In this document: in pieces, positions 1 through 12,405 of the stretch
Layout: the number at the start of each line of letters is the position of its first letter
Position numbering within the stretch: the stretch's first letter is position 1
Assembly (NCBI GenBank): GCA_964035545.1
Contig: OZ037765.1
Coordinates: 31,495,504-31,559,503, forward strand
From: Bugula neritina
Taxonomy: Eukaryota; Animalia; Bryozoa
Length of the DNA: 64,000 bases
Direction: 5' to 3'
Made by a program: the position numbers and the translations under genes
Notes under the pieces: generated by a model
The model's database searches: none
What the model was told of the DNA's origin: nothing
The model's input: only the letters and a program-made list of their open reading frames with translations

Positions 1-5
1 CACAG

Positions 6-119
6 GACTTGTCGGACATGGGGCTACACTCTAGTGATTCCCCTTTTCTCAATCACCTATTGGAGAGCCTTGATTTAGATATGGTTGTGAGTTGTAGCTG
101 CTGCTCATTTATACAGTAA
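6..119 (+). CDS. Probable last coding exon of a DENND11/LCHN-like gene (rest of gene upstream of window)
   Basis: Acceptor cacag at 1-5 followed by open frame DLSDMGLHSSDSPFLNHLLESLDLDMVVSCSCCSFIQ* (TAA 117-119); resembles, from memory, the DENND11 C-terminus (MGLDP..[26 protein letters not shown]). Only 37 aa visible. Confidence 0.45.
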   Translation, partial: DLSDMGLHSSDSPFLNHLLESLDLDMVVSCSCCSFIQ

Positions 120-1275
120 ACTGGAGAACTTGTCATGTGGACAGTACAATCATGCTATGTGGGGCAGACTTAGCACGCCCCCAACTAATGTAATAACAAA
201 GAAGTAGAAGAGTGAAGGCTATTTACACCATTCTATATATACATATATTCTTATAGTTGTTGGTACTTGATATCAGCCTTATATTCTGCTATTATTTTGT
301 CCATATTTTTTTATGTTGTTTTAAATTTTGTCACTAGACAAGCTACAGTGCCCATTCCAACTGGTGGAGGTGCTAAATGCATTTTAAGTGGTTCTACATT
401 TAGGAACTAGGGAAGGATTTTGTATTTTCATAAATATATATTATATTATTAATTTTATGGTCTATTATTAAAATTATTGCTGCACCATGTTAGTAAAATT
501 GTTTTATACTATGAATGGTATTAACTTATTAGGTGCAAGTTTATAATTAAAGCTGTTAAATACGCATAACAAAACTCTGTTGAGTGGCAATTCTTTTTTT
601 ATAACAAAACCCGGGGTGTTTCACAGGCAATAATTTGAACAGCTGTAAAGATTAGAGGGCAATGATTGGCTACTAGTCAAGCATACGTCTGCTAATGAAA
701 TGGTTGGTTATTTTCCTTTTTGTTTCTATCATAATGAAGATGAGTAATTCAGAAAACTGTTCAGTTCATCAGACACTCATATTATTTTATTTGAACTTTT
801 TATTAAATATTGAGATATAATTTTAAAAAATTATTAACAAATTATCAAAATATATATGTGTTACTCAAATTAATATAAATATGGTGACATAAATATAATA
901 AATAAACTACGGAAGAGCAGCAGTGATCTCGTAATTTACATGCGGAGATATCTATGATTGCTAGAACTTAGAAGTTTCCAAAAATAAAATAATTGGGAAC
1001 AACACAAGTAGAAAAAGTACTGTATAATTTATCTTGACAATAGGGAAATGTACACTAAAAAATGCCGCGATATTTCATAAACTAGTAGAACTTCTAAAAG
1101 AGTTCAGAGTTGGGGATAACGTTTCCCATCTACAAAGTTCAATCCGGATTTTACCATTATTCTCAAACAATTTATGAAATAAACAACATCAAAATGTTTC
1201 CAGCTGAATGCAACTATTCAAGAGAGAGATTCAAAACTTGAAACCACAGTGTGCAGCATGATAAAACTGTTACAG

Positions 1276-4200
1276 CTACATAAAGCTGCAATCACTTCTG
1301 GAGATACCAGTGTCTAAGAGCTGCAAGCACACTGCTTTAGCTATATAACTGTGAGTACCATCAACCACATCAGATGGGGTGTTGTAGAAAGCCACCCTAA
1401 CTTTATCATCTGATTCTGTAGACTTTGTTTGAGCTTTAAACAATGAGATTGCCTGGGCTAGAATCTTTTCAACAATGATGGCATTCTCAAAACTGACTTC
1501 AGGGTTTCTCTCCAATATCACGGCAACCACTGTCAGCACCTGCATCAATATGAGCTGTATTAAAACTTTGCTGGAATTTAAAATAAATACATATTAATTT
1601 GAAGTTCTTTAAATGATGTTTGCCAAAGCATTTGCTATTCGTATTCATACATACAACAAGTAAGAGATTTGAAGGCTAAGAATGATCATGAAACGTCCAA
1701 TTATTTGTGTAAAAAGCTTTATAACCATGTGAAGAACTTATATCACTAGAAGTAGCAGCCGAACAACTATAGTAATACTTGCAAATGCATCTTTAATTAT
1801 TCACAGCAATAATTAGCTTCAAGTAAGGCTGAAATAACAACTGATTACCAACCTCTACCACTACATGACGATGAACTGGGTCTCTTACAACGCTGAGCAT
1901 ATCTTCAACGAGTACGGCAAAATTCATCTCCTCTACAGTGAGGTGAGACAGAGTGGGTTGCTGGGGTAAATGATAGTCGTAGAGTTGTATTCCCTTACTT
2001 GACCTCTCCAACAAGTACCACAACTTTCCGTAGAAGTTATCAGGTACTGAGCCTAGAGATCCCAGCAGGTCCCTTTTCCAAATCACTGGTCTAAATGAAT
2101 AGTTGATATTAACTTTAAATAACTCTTGCATAGTAATCAGTAACATCTGATGGTGTATTTATGCATGACATAAAAGTTTTCTTTGTCAACCAACTCATAA
2201 AAAATAGTGTGTGTATGCTTGTTTGTATCCTTTGAATCTCACAGAGCTGCACAAATTTTTAGTTTCACTAAAGATTCCAATTATGGACAAACAACTCTTT
2301 GTGTTGGAAAACAAAGACAGCACAAACAATGAGGTGTAGAGATCTTGGTAAACCAACCTGAGAGGGGTAGAGGTCTTGGAGTATTGGAGGAGTTGGAGCA
2401 AGAGTTTATCAACAGAACTCGGAGACAAGGAGTAGACTGAGAGTCCTGGGGTGTCACAGGCTAACGTCATCTGCGTGGCGTGGACTATCCAACTATAGAG
2501 GATATGACATAATGTATACACCCAGCACACCCAACACGTACACATAAGTACAGTGTACAGATAACATTCGGCTGTACATATTATTTGCTACTAACCCTAG
2601 TCTGAGCTTGAGAATTCCATCAAATAGTTTAGGACGGGTGGCGCTCAACTGCCCCAACAATAGTATGAGTTCTTGTTGGAGCACAGTCTCTCTGGGTTCC
2701 AAAGGCTGGCAGAGTCTGTATAGTTTGTCTCCGATAGCTGAAGGGTTGATAGGTTTACTAATAACTTCCTCCTCACCAGAAAACAACCCGAGTGCTACTA
2801 ACTTGCCACTAACAAGTAGGGTGGTAATTGAGGGGGCAAGGCTGTCTGTTACTTTCAAAGTCAAAGCAGAACACAGTCTAACGACTGACCTGAAACCGAC
2901 ATACTGTTTCTATAAGCCAATAGCAATTGCTTTAACTAGAAGATGTTTTATTTAAACTATAGACCAGCAAACCCTATAACTACAGATTAAAATTGACATA
3001 GAAACAACATTTCAATAGCCAATGAGAAGCTGTGCTTATATCTACTAACCAATCAGGAGTAGAGCTGTGACTGGCTTGCATTCTGATATTCTCTAGTAAG
3101 CTGCATATAGTGCTGCCATCCACCAGATACTCTGTGCCGTGTCTTTGTGACAGCAGCCTTAGTGATTGGCTCTTTATACTGATGTCTTCAGTTGACTGGT
3201 AGACATCAAGTAGCTTCCTGTCAGTGTAACTACTCATATCCTACATCAACATCAATATGGAATCTTGTCACCATATACTCAAAATGGGCTTTTAGCTTCA
3301 TATCCTGAATTTAGTGAAACCATATGATACCTCTTTTGAGACTTTAGTAATCATACAGTTGAAAGTCAATGAGAAAAAACCCATGCACGTTTATAGTTGT
3401 TATCCCTGTGAGAAACCCCTGATGGAAAGGGTTTTTTATTAAACCAGGCTAAGGACTTATTCACATGTGGCACAGAAGCAATTATGACTGGATACTCTTC
3501 TTAACATCACCAATGGCCTTTACTGGGGTTTAAACATCAACCAAATTACATATGGGTTAACTTGAAAGGCTTTTAATGTCCAACATATTATTAGAAAACA
3601 TAAACAAAAAGTTTATGTAAAGTTGCTCCTAAACTCTACTGAAGTGGTAACAAAGAATGACATGCCTCGGCAGGTGGCAGCACCCGACACACCCTCTCAG
3701 GAGACAGATTGACCCTGAGTTCAGATGTGCTGCTAGTATCTCGCTCCTTTATGCTCTTGAAGTTGAGCTCATCTTTGTTATTGCTCTGCTCACTGAGGTG
3801 GGTAAGGAAATCAAGGTGCTCTTTGGTGCCAGAAGATACTAAACTCTGCAACATTCACGTTATAAATTACTGGAAGCGGGATTTTTGTTGAAAAAAGAAA
3901 GCTGATGATAATCATCTGAAAATCATTTTTTCCTGTGCACAATCAGTTACAAAAATAATATAACATTGTAGGCAAATTTAGGACAAGACATCATTATTTG
4001 GTTTTATATTTAAAAAAACTCAACAATTTTATGTGAAAAAGATTGAAAGCTATCATTGATGTCTATTGCAATACCACAAAAGTATAATCATCTAGTAGGG
4101 TTAACCTAGAAGTTAACTAGAAGTAAAATGAACAATGGACACATTCCAGGGCAGCGTGTTATTTAAATTGCAAGCTCTTGGTAGTAGACAACATACTTAT

Positions 4201-7200
4201 AATCAAAACAAATTGACACCAAAAATCTCAAATAAAAGCAAAATATACACAGTAATACTTATGGAAATAAAGGAATATTATTAGATTGAAACACACCTGA
4301 AGTCTGCCCAGTTTCACTCTCACACCAGTACAAGTAGCCCCAGCCTTGAGAAAAGACAAGAGGTCAATGAGGTCTCTTGCATTAGCCGACTGCACCATAG
4401 CCTCAGTAATCATAATCAGGTAGGTGGGGCGGCCTTCTAGCTTCCACATACAGGAGAGCATGTGGATATCTGACTATAAAGACCACAAACTCTCAACTTA
4501 CTCTTCCAATTTGGAACTCATGTGGTAAAATATATGAGCTACAGATATTGCCAACTATGTTCACATACTAACGAAGTATTTTCAACGTAAGTGTATTATA
4601 TAACTCAATATAGGACTTACTAAATACCACAGAAGTATGTTTCTATCAACATCCAACTCATACAGTAGTATACTACTAACTCACTATACTACTAACTCAT
4701 ACAGTAATGTATGTTAAAGGGAAGACAACTAATAACCTGAACTTTATTTATCACACTGTTGAGATCCTGGGAGATGTAGAAGTCATTTACTTCAAAGAGT
4801 AGAGGGTAGCAGATGATAGTCTGGCCACAAACTCTATAAAACTACAAAAACAACCAGAATCTGGAGACTCATACTCAATGTGAGCTTGTAGTTCAACCTG
4901 TAGTTCAACAAAAGAAATCAACAGTTCAATAATTACTGAACACAACCACAGTAATAACAACACACTCAACATTACTACTGATTCTGTGTATTTCTTTATA
5001 ATTTTCTCAAATCCCAAAATGGCCGCTTATGAACTCAACTGAAGATACAAACCAAGGAGGTGCCGAGCAGCCCGACGGGTCGTTCAGGTCTGCCGCAGAG
5101 TTCAAGGTCATAGTTCACCCCCATAAACTTGAGTGCAGCCTTGAGCTGATTGGGAGACCAGATCTGAATAGGTTCGGTCTGGGTAGGTGTTTGAGAAGGT
5201 ACGCCGTGAGTGGCTAGCACCTGGTGCAGACGTAAACTCTCTGCTATGACAGCTATCTGTATCAGTCGGTCCTTAGAAGACGCCTTCAACACAACCAGAC
5301 CGTAAACAATGACAACCTAACAGGTGTGTAAGACTGGGGCTTGGTTACCAAGGGAAATTATTAGGAAAAATTTTGCATCATTTGATTTGCAATAAAACTT
5401 TCGCCAGAATAAATGGAGTCGATTAAACTAAAATTTAGAAAATGCAATACAGAATAAATTTGGCAGGACTTTTACATAAAACATTAAAAAAATGAGTTTC
5501 AACCAAAGAATAAAGTATTTTAATCTACCATCCAACTGCGTATACACTTTACTCTTGACTCTTGAGGTATGTAGCTATACTTGTAAGAAGTAAAAGGAAA
5601 TTGTCAGGTTATAAAGAGATGAAGGCACCTACAACAGAAGGTTTGTAGGATTTACCTCAAAGTTGATGTAGCGATGGCTGAGCCGAGGTCTTTCAGATGC
5701 AGAGAGGTGCCTTTTGATTGGGTCGAGTTCGTTGACTGGTACAAGATTGTCCACTATATACATATATATATACACTATACAGTACATACACTATACACAG
5801 TACATACACTATACACAGTATATACACTATACAGTACATACACTATACACAGTATATACACACTATACAGTATAGAGAGTATATACAATATATACAATAA
5901 TTATAGAGTTTATAAACTATACAGTATATAAACTGTATAGTATTATATACACTATACAGGATGTACACTATACAGTATATACACAGTATATACACAGTAT
6001 GTACACAGTATATACACAGTATATACACTATACAGTACATACACAGTACATACACAGTATATCAACTTACTTAGCAGCCTTGTAACGACGTACAGGGATT
6101 GCCCCCACAAGAAATATTTATCGTCCTGTCCCTCAGTAGTGGCTACACGTTGTCCTTGACCCCTGGTCTTCCCCGAGTGATGATAGGGTACGTAGTAGTA
6201 AGCCGGTACTACCACACCTACTAGGCATTGAGATAGCAGGTATATACGTACTCTACCTTGATGTCATATTATATATCATGTTCAATAAAGCATTAATCTA
6301 TTTCACAATATAAGGGAGTATAGATGACATAGAGGCATTATTGAAGAAGCGTGTAACCTTAAAATACGCTATGCAATTAGATTCAGTGAATATTCAGCTT
6401 TCTAAGGATATACAAACTGTGTGGAGTTAAGGAGAGATGAAATAACTCCCACCTTGTGATGTCATGTGCAACACCAGCTCCATATCTGCCCAGAGTTCAT
6501 TAGCTTGATTGAGGTCACCTCTGAATATACCTGAAATACAACAGAATAGGTAAATAAACCCAACACAGTATCTTCCAATAACAGGAATACGAATCAGACT
6601 TTGCAATTAGCTTTACAAGAGTAAGTGAAGAACTGTATTCGGTATTAGACTTGAAAACTTCTTCAAAAGGTATCCTAGTTTAGGTGACAGCATAGTTTAG
6701 GTGACAGCATAGTTTAGGTCACAGCATAGTTTAGGTCACATGTCACCATAAGATAATGTAAAAACCAACTTGCTCTAAACTACACAATTATGGCTAACCT
6801 GGGCATAAGAAAAGGGCAAACTTAACATAGCTAGGTGTTGAAATGCTGTAGAGGTTTTTCTTCAACTTGACTTTTAACCAATAAGAAAACATTGTGAAAG
6901 TAGCATATAAAATTATACATATACTTATATATTGAGAATATACTTATATATAAGATATACTTATATATAAATTATACTTATATATAGAATATAGAATATA
7001 TTTATATATAGGATATACTTATATAAAGAAGATATACTTACAGTCGATGATTTGAAAGAAAGTGAGGAAAGGCCACTCACACTCCAGCCCCTCAAACATC
7101 TAAAAATAGAACATGGCAGCTAAATACCGTCTCACAACTTTTATACAGGATGTAGATGGCAGCATTGACAAGGATAAACAAACAATAGGTATACAAGATG

Positions 7201-9852
7201 CTGCCTGTACCACCCTACCTGGAGGTTAGCTGACTCCTGGTAGAACTGAGCATTCTTATCCTCCAGCACTGTACCATAACCATCTCTGAGGTAGCGTTTG
7301 AACCCGTAACGACCCTTCAGGCTCTGAACTATAGTAAGGAGTGTCTGCTTCTTCAGATGGGCATCATGGGTGGCGAAAAATGGCCATGAGAGAACCGGCA
7401 GTAAGGCGGCATCAGTTGGCTGTGAACAGGTGTGATGTCATAGTATACATGTGTGATGTCATAGTACACAGGTGTGATGTCATAGTATACAGGTGTGATG
7501 TCATAGTATACAGGTGTGATGTCATAGTATACAGGTGTGATGTCATAGTACACAAGTGTGATGTCATTGAACACAAATATGATGTCATAGCATACAGGTG
7601 TGATGTCAGAGTATACATATGTGATGTCATAGTATACAGGTGTGATGTCATGGTACACAAGTGTGATGTCATAGTATACAAGTGTGATGTCATCGTATAC
7701 ACACCTTAGAACTAGACTCTCTAGGAAGCAGCTGCTCAAACACGGCTTTATTTCTTATATGTGCATCAATGTCAATATAAACCACAGTCCAGGAGGCTCC
7801 ATGTTCTCCAAACAAATTGAAACCATTAACAGCTTCCATGGCTGCTTTGGCCATCCCAACGTTGCTAAAATTACAGCTTGGAATAGTCAATGAGAGGCTT
7901 AGACAGATCTCTATGTCATTATATCAACAAGGTAGAAGATTAACTACACAACATCATAAAATAATCTTTGAAAAACCTAAAAGTATTTTTAACGATTGCT
8001 TCACTGAACACAAAATAAATGTTTTTTTCTAAAAATTGCAAAAATTTCTGAAACTTGAAATTTCATATTTCTCACCTGGCATTTAACTCTGGAGTTCCTG
8101 TATTATACTTACTTCCTCTTTCCCACATTCCATAGTCAGCAATTCTGTAAGCTCTTTCAATACAGTAGATGAGATTCTGAACAAACTCTACCTCATCGCT
8201 TGTGTATATTATCTAAAACATGAATGAAACTCAACAAACCAAAAAAAGCTTAAAATAGTTCTGCAACATCACAACATCAATGACTTGTCAAAAAACATTT
8301 CGCTGTTAGTTACTTCTATCTTAGCAACAATAGTTTATCCACACTACAGCTCCAATTGTTCACTACTACTATTGAGTAGTACGTTTATTGTGTTATGTCA
8401 TAGCTATTTGATCTCAGACTGTTACAAACCATGTGTTCCGTATGTTGAAAACAAATTCGTGTGTTTAGACTCAAATAACTTTCATTGATTGTTGAGTGAC
8501 CAAGTTATTTGACTTCCGAAAATGGGCAGTACTAGTTATAATATATTAGTATCAAACCTGTATATATAAAATACTAAGTATTAAAGAAATTGACTAACTT
8601 CTATGACTAAACACTACAGACCCCGTACTAGCTATAGAACACTCAGTATCCAACCTGTAGACCGGATGATATCATCTGTACGAGGGAGAGGAGAAAGAGA
8701 CTAATACAGTCAAGTTGCAGATGAGGGTAGCCATCATCTTTCAATGCTTGTCCTGTCACAATGTCAAACTTAACATGTAAGGAATTTTCCGGAATCTGCT
8801 CGGCAAGGAATTTCTTCATCTACACAATAAGATATCTCCAGTATTGTGGAGATTAAAGGAGACTGGAGCTAACTTAGCTTTAGAGATATGCTAGTGTGCC
8901 TTTAAATTATTGAATCTGCTATTTAGACTCGAGAAAAATTTCCATTAAAAAAACTTACATCTATTTAGGGCAGCGGATTTTACTACAGATTATTATGATT
9001 TAGTAGTAAAAGTTATAAGCCTTTACATATTTTAGTCAAAGTTTTCTGCAGTAAAGGTAAATATATTTCATAATAGAAATATAATACCTTTGTAACAGCA
9101 CTTGGCTAGCCAATTATAACAAGTGTTAGAAAAACTAGATAGACATAACTGCTATAATCGGCTCTCAACAATAACCCAAGACTCTGTATTGCCGGTGCAC
9201 AATTTCAAGTTAACAAATAGCCCCAGTAACAAAAATAGCTTCTTGTTACAAAAGAAGATCGTACAAGCAGAAAAACTTCATACATAATGACATATCTAAA
9301 AAAACTGCTTGCTCATAGTCTGCTGCAGAATTTGCCATTGTGAAACACAGCAAAAGGCCTTGCATTGTATACGTGAGATATTAGATCTAAGGCTTAGTTT
9401 TCACGCATGTCAAGGTCACAATATGTATTGTGTTATTTTTCACAGCTTTTATTACTAAACCACACCTGAGGTATCTGAAACATCCAGCAACTAAGAACGC
9501 CTCTCATGGTTTTAACAGCAGTTTGACCGAGGAGGTAGGTGCGGCCATAGTCTGCGCAGTGCAGTCTCTTGTACGCCAGGTGGAGAGACCAAATGCTAAG
9601 TGCACAGTATATAGACACTCTGACATCACCGACTTTAGAGTTGTCTTCTCCATACACAGGAAACAGCCCAGTTGTTGGGCTCTGAAATCTGAGGACTGTC
9701 TGGGATACTAAAAATAGTATGTATCAGACTTTACTAAAAATGTGTAGTTCAGATATTTTAGCATTAAATATAATGATCATAAAGGCATTCTTACTAGTGT
9801 TGTAATATGTCAGAAGCTTTTCTTGTTTCTTTTCTGTGTCTGAAGCTGCCAT
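1276..9852 (-). CDS. PHKB: Phosphorylase b kinase regulatory subunit beta
   Basis: 19 GT-AG exons in consistent phase: 9852-9795, 9707-9466, 8819-8655, 8212-8076, 7864-7705, 7419-7219, 7099-7042, 6530-6453, 6217-6071, 5753-5656, 5283-5053, 4841-4737, 4473-4297, 3845-3693, 3240-3050, 2889-2596, 2492-2358, 2090-1853, 1539-1276 (3132 nt, ~1043 aa). Motifs [85 protein letters not shown]; C-terminal CaaX (CSFM). Confidence 0.93.
3369..3535 (-). mobile_element. tRNA-derived SINE family copy (5'-truncated), in PHKB intron
   Basis: Clear similarity to 46877-47115 (same strand) and 52140-52300 (opposite strand), e.g. gtgagaaacccctgatgga, gcaattatgactgga, aacatcaccaatggcctttactgggg. Confidence 0.75.
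5755..6062. repeat. Low-complexity tandem repeat (TATACACAG/TACACTATACAG-like) filling a PHKB intron
   Basis: Repeat runs from the acceptor (5754) to just short of the donor (6070). Confidence 0.85.
6676..6740. repeat. 17-bp tandem repeat x~4 (TAGTTTAGGTSACAGCA)
   Basis: Direct inspection. Confidence 0.85.
6905..7041. repeat. Degenerate AGATATACTTATAT-like tandem repeat abutting a PHKB donor
   Basis: Repeated atacttata units ending in atacttac (donor GTAAGTAT on minus strand at 7041). Confidence 0.7.
7425..7703. repeat. 21-bp minisatellite x~13 (GTGTGATGTCATAGTATACAG) forming nearly all of PHKB intron 7420-7704
   Basis: Direct inspection; explains repetitive ORFs 7341-7709, 7353-7739, 7412-7702. 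Confidence 0.95.
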
Positions 9853-10429
9853 AATTGCCTGTTCAACTGAACTACAAAATGCACCAAGAGCTACAGCAAA
9901 CATAAAACATCATTTAAGAATAAAGATAATGTTAACAGCTGATCTGCTAACATTCAACACAATTGGAAGGGTGACAAAAAATATTTCAACAATATTTAGA
10001 CGTATTATAGGCACTGCATAATATTAATTAGCAACAAATATTTTGAGATGTTCTAGTAACCAGTTATTAGTTCAACGTCTTTATTTACAGCAAATTATTT
10101 AATGGACTAACAGTGGTCATGTGTTTAAAAACTCTAAAATAAATTCTACTGCATACAACTTTTTTGCCATCTAAGTTTATATTATACTTATAGTCTATAG
10201 AATATTATTATTAATAATAAATGTAGAGATGCTTTCAATCTCAAGCTGAAGCTTAAGATATGAATACTAATAGCTGCAAGTTGAAGTAGGACAAGTTTTG
10301 ATTTTCATAATGATAATAAGATTTTTATTTAGATATTTACTACTATTTGTTACTTGTTAGTTAAACTAACAAAATTAAATTGAAAATAAAAATATTTTAA
10401 TCTATCATCCAATCATATGTATAATGTAT

Positions 10430-11700
10430 TAATACTAATGTACTTCACTATTAATATTAGTAATAGGAATCACTATTAGTATTACTATTAGTAAAAGTAA
10501 AGCCTAAATGGTTTACACTTACACTTACTATAGAGATACTCATAGTGATAGTCATACTCATAGTTATAGTATAAGTAAATCATCACCATGGCAATGTAAT
10601 TTTATAAAGAAATATCCTATCACCTTTATTTAGGCTTACCATGATCAATTTTTATTGCGTCTATATTTTCATTTTCCAAGTTTTTTAAAGGCTATTAATG
10701 TTATAATAATTAGTTATTACTATTAGTATTAATATTATAATTATTATTCAAGTTTGTAAATGTAATCAAAGTTTCTCATTTTGCGGATTATGACTTGAAA
10801 TATTTTAGCTCCTGCCTTATGGTATGTAGATCAAAATAAATTATTTTATTATTTAAATTTTTTTAATTTGTTTAATTTTATTAACATAATTTTTAATTTT
10901 ATTATAAAAGACTATTTAATTTGTGCAATATTTAATTTGGTAGTAAGTTTTGTAGATTTAGTTTATTGATTAAAAATTTTCCGCCCATGATTTAGCAGAC
11001 GATGATGGGAAGTCACAGGCGTTTCCTTTTTCTCTGTTCTCCGATCTTGTTCTCTTGTCAATCAATAAGTAAAAGATACAAGAAAATAGTGTACTTCTAA
11101 TTGCTTTAATTTTTGCGGCTGACGAAAGTATGTGGTTGTCCATTACTTGCTCTTTTAATTAGTGCATTATCAAAATTTATTGATCAATTTTAAATATTGA
11201 AAGTAAATTTAATTCTAAGACTGTAAGAGCAAGCCTAAGGCTAATGTCATTAATTTTAAATTTAATATTATCATTATGATTATGTTAATCTTAATAAAAT
11301 TAAATATAATACTATTGTTACTTATAATATTATTATCAAAGAATTATTATTTATAAATATATTTATACAATGATAGTATTAATTAGTTCAATTACTTGTT
11401 TAAGTATAACTAACTTTAACAGTAACTGTAAGTGTAGCACTAACACTAAGTCTAACGATGACACGGAGCTCAGAGTTGTTAGCAATATATACATAGTTAA
11501 TGTTATATTCATAATAATAAATTTAATACTAATCGTAACAATAAATTTAATAGTAATAGTAACACTAGTAGTAGTTCACTAGTTGTAAAAGTACAAACAA
11601 ATAAGCTATTTACTATACTTTTACTTGTAGCTTACCTGCGTAGTTAATATTAATAATAATATAGCAAAACTTCATAAGCAAAAATGTAGCACAGAAACCG
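10430..11700. promoter_or_regulatory. Divergent PHKB/FBXO47 promoter region with 6-bp-periodic tracts and candidate non-coding first exons
   Basis: Head-to-head genes; donor-like sites CATG|GTAAGC (-, ~10640), AAA|GTATGT (+, 11127/11128), CAG|GTAAGC (-, 11636/11635); periodic tracts 10430-10575 and 11340-11630. TSS not determinable. Confidence 0.5.
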
Positions 11701-12405
11701 AAAGTGTACACAAAAAAGTGCACCAAAAATAAAAATTAACACAATGATAAACACAAGGAGGAAAAACATTAAAGAAGAAAAAAATATAATTACTAATTAG
11801 TAAATATCCTAAACTGAATAATGAAATACTACTAATTTTACAATAAGTTTTACTAATGTACTATTAATAGTTGTACTACCATAATTGTTTTTAATCAAAT
11901 CCAAATGATTTTCTTTCTAATGAGTAATAGCATTTAATTTAATATTAAAATGATATTGAAAATATAAAGTTGATTAACAATTGCAAATTTTATTTTCTAA
12001 CTAAGCTTACTTTTAGGCAGTATAGCACTGATGGCAATAGCATATTGATATTAATTCTTAAACTATAGTACTATATAATTTCTTCATGATTGTAGTTCAA
12101 GAAAAAACATACTTTTAAAAAAATAAAGTTTGCATTATGTGTTGCCTATTGCTCAATCTGGAGAATTTTTTGGAGAATTTTGGTAATGGGTAAAGGATTA
12201 GACACTTTTGATATGTTAACATATACTATTTTATAGATGTGTACTATCCAGATCAATTATTATTATACTGGTTTTAGGTTTACTGTATTCAATATGGGCA
12301 TATTTTTTAAGTTTGTATATTAAAATAATTTGTTTATGTTGTTAAGTATTGTTAATAAGTTGCTATAAATTGTTTTACATAATGTGGTTTAATATTTGAA
12401 GAGAC

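Noticed and set aside
2608-2955. Antisense ORFs over exons (also 9430-9711, 15465-15758, 28457-28765, 58640-58951, 62705-62974)
   Set aside because: Shadow frames of real coding sequence with no independent motifs.
7341-7739. Repetitive ORFs on both strands, and possible intron retention in PHKB
   Set aside because: 21-bp repeat; the PHKB coding frame hits a stop a few codons into the intron.
8853-8905. Tiny TTAA-flanked inverted repeat (Kolobok/piggyBac-like remnant)
   Set aside because: Arms are short and imperfect; could be chance.
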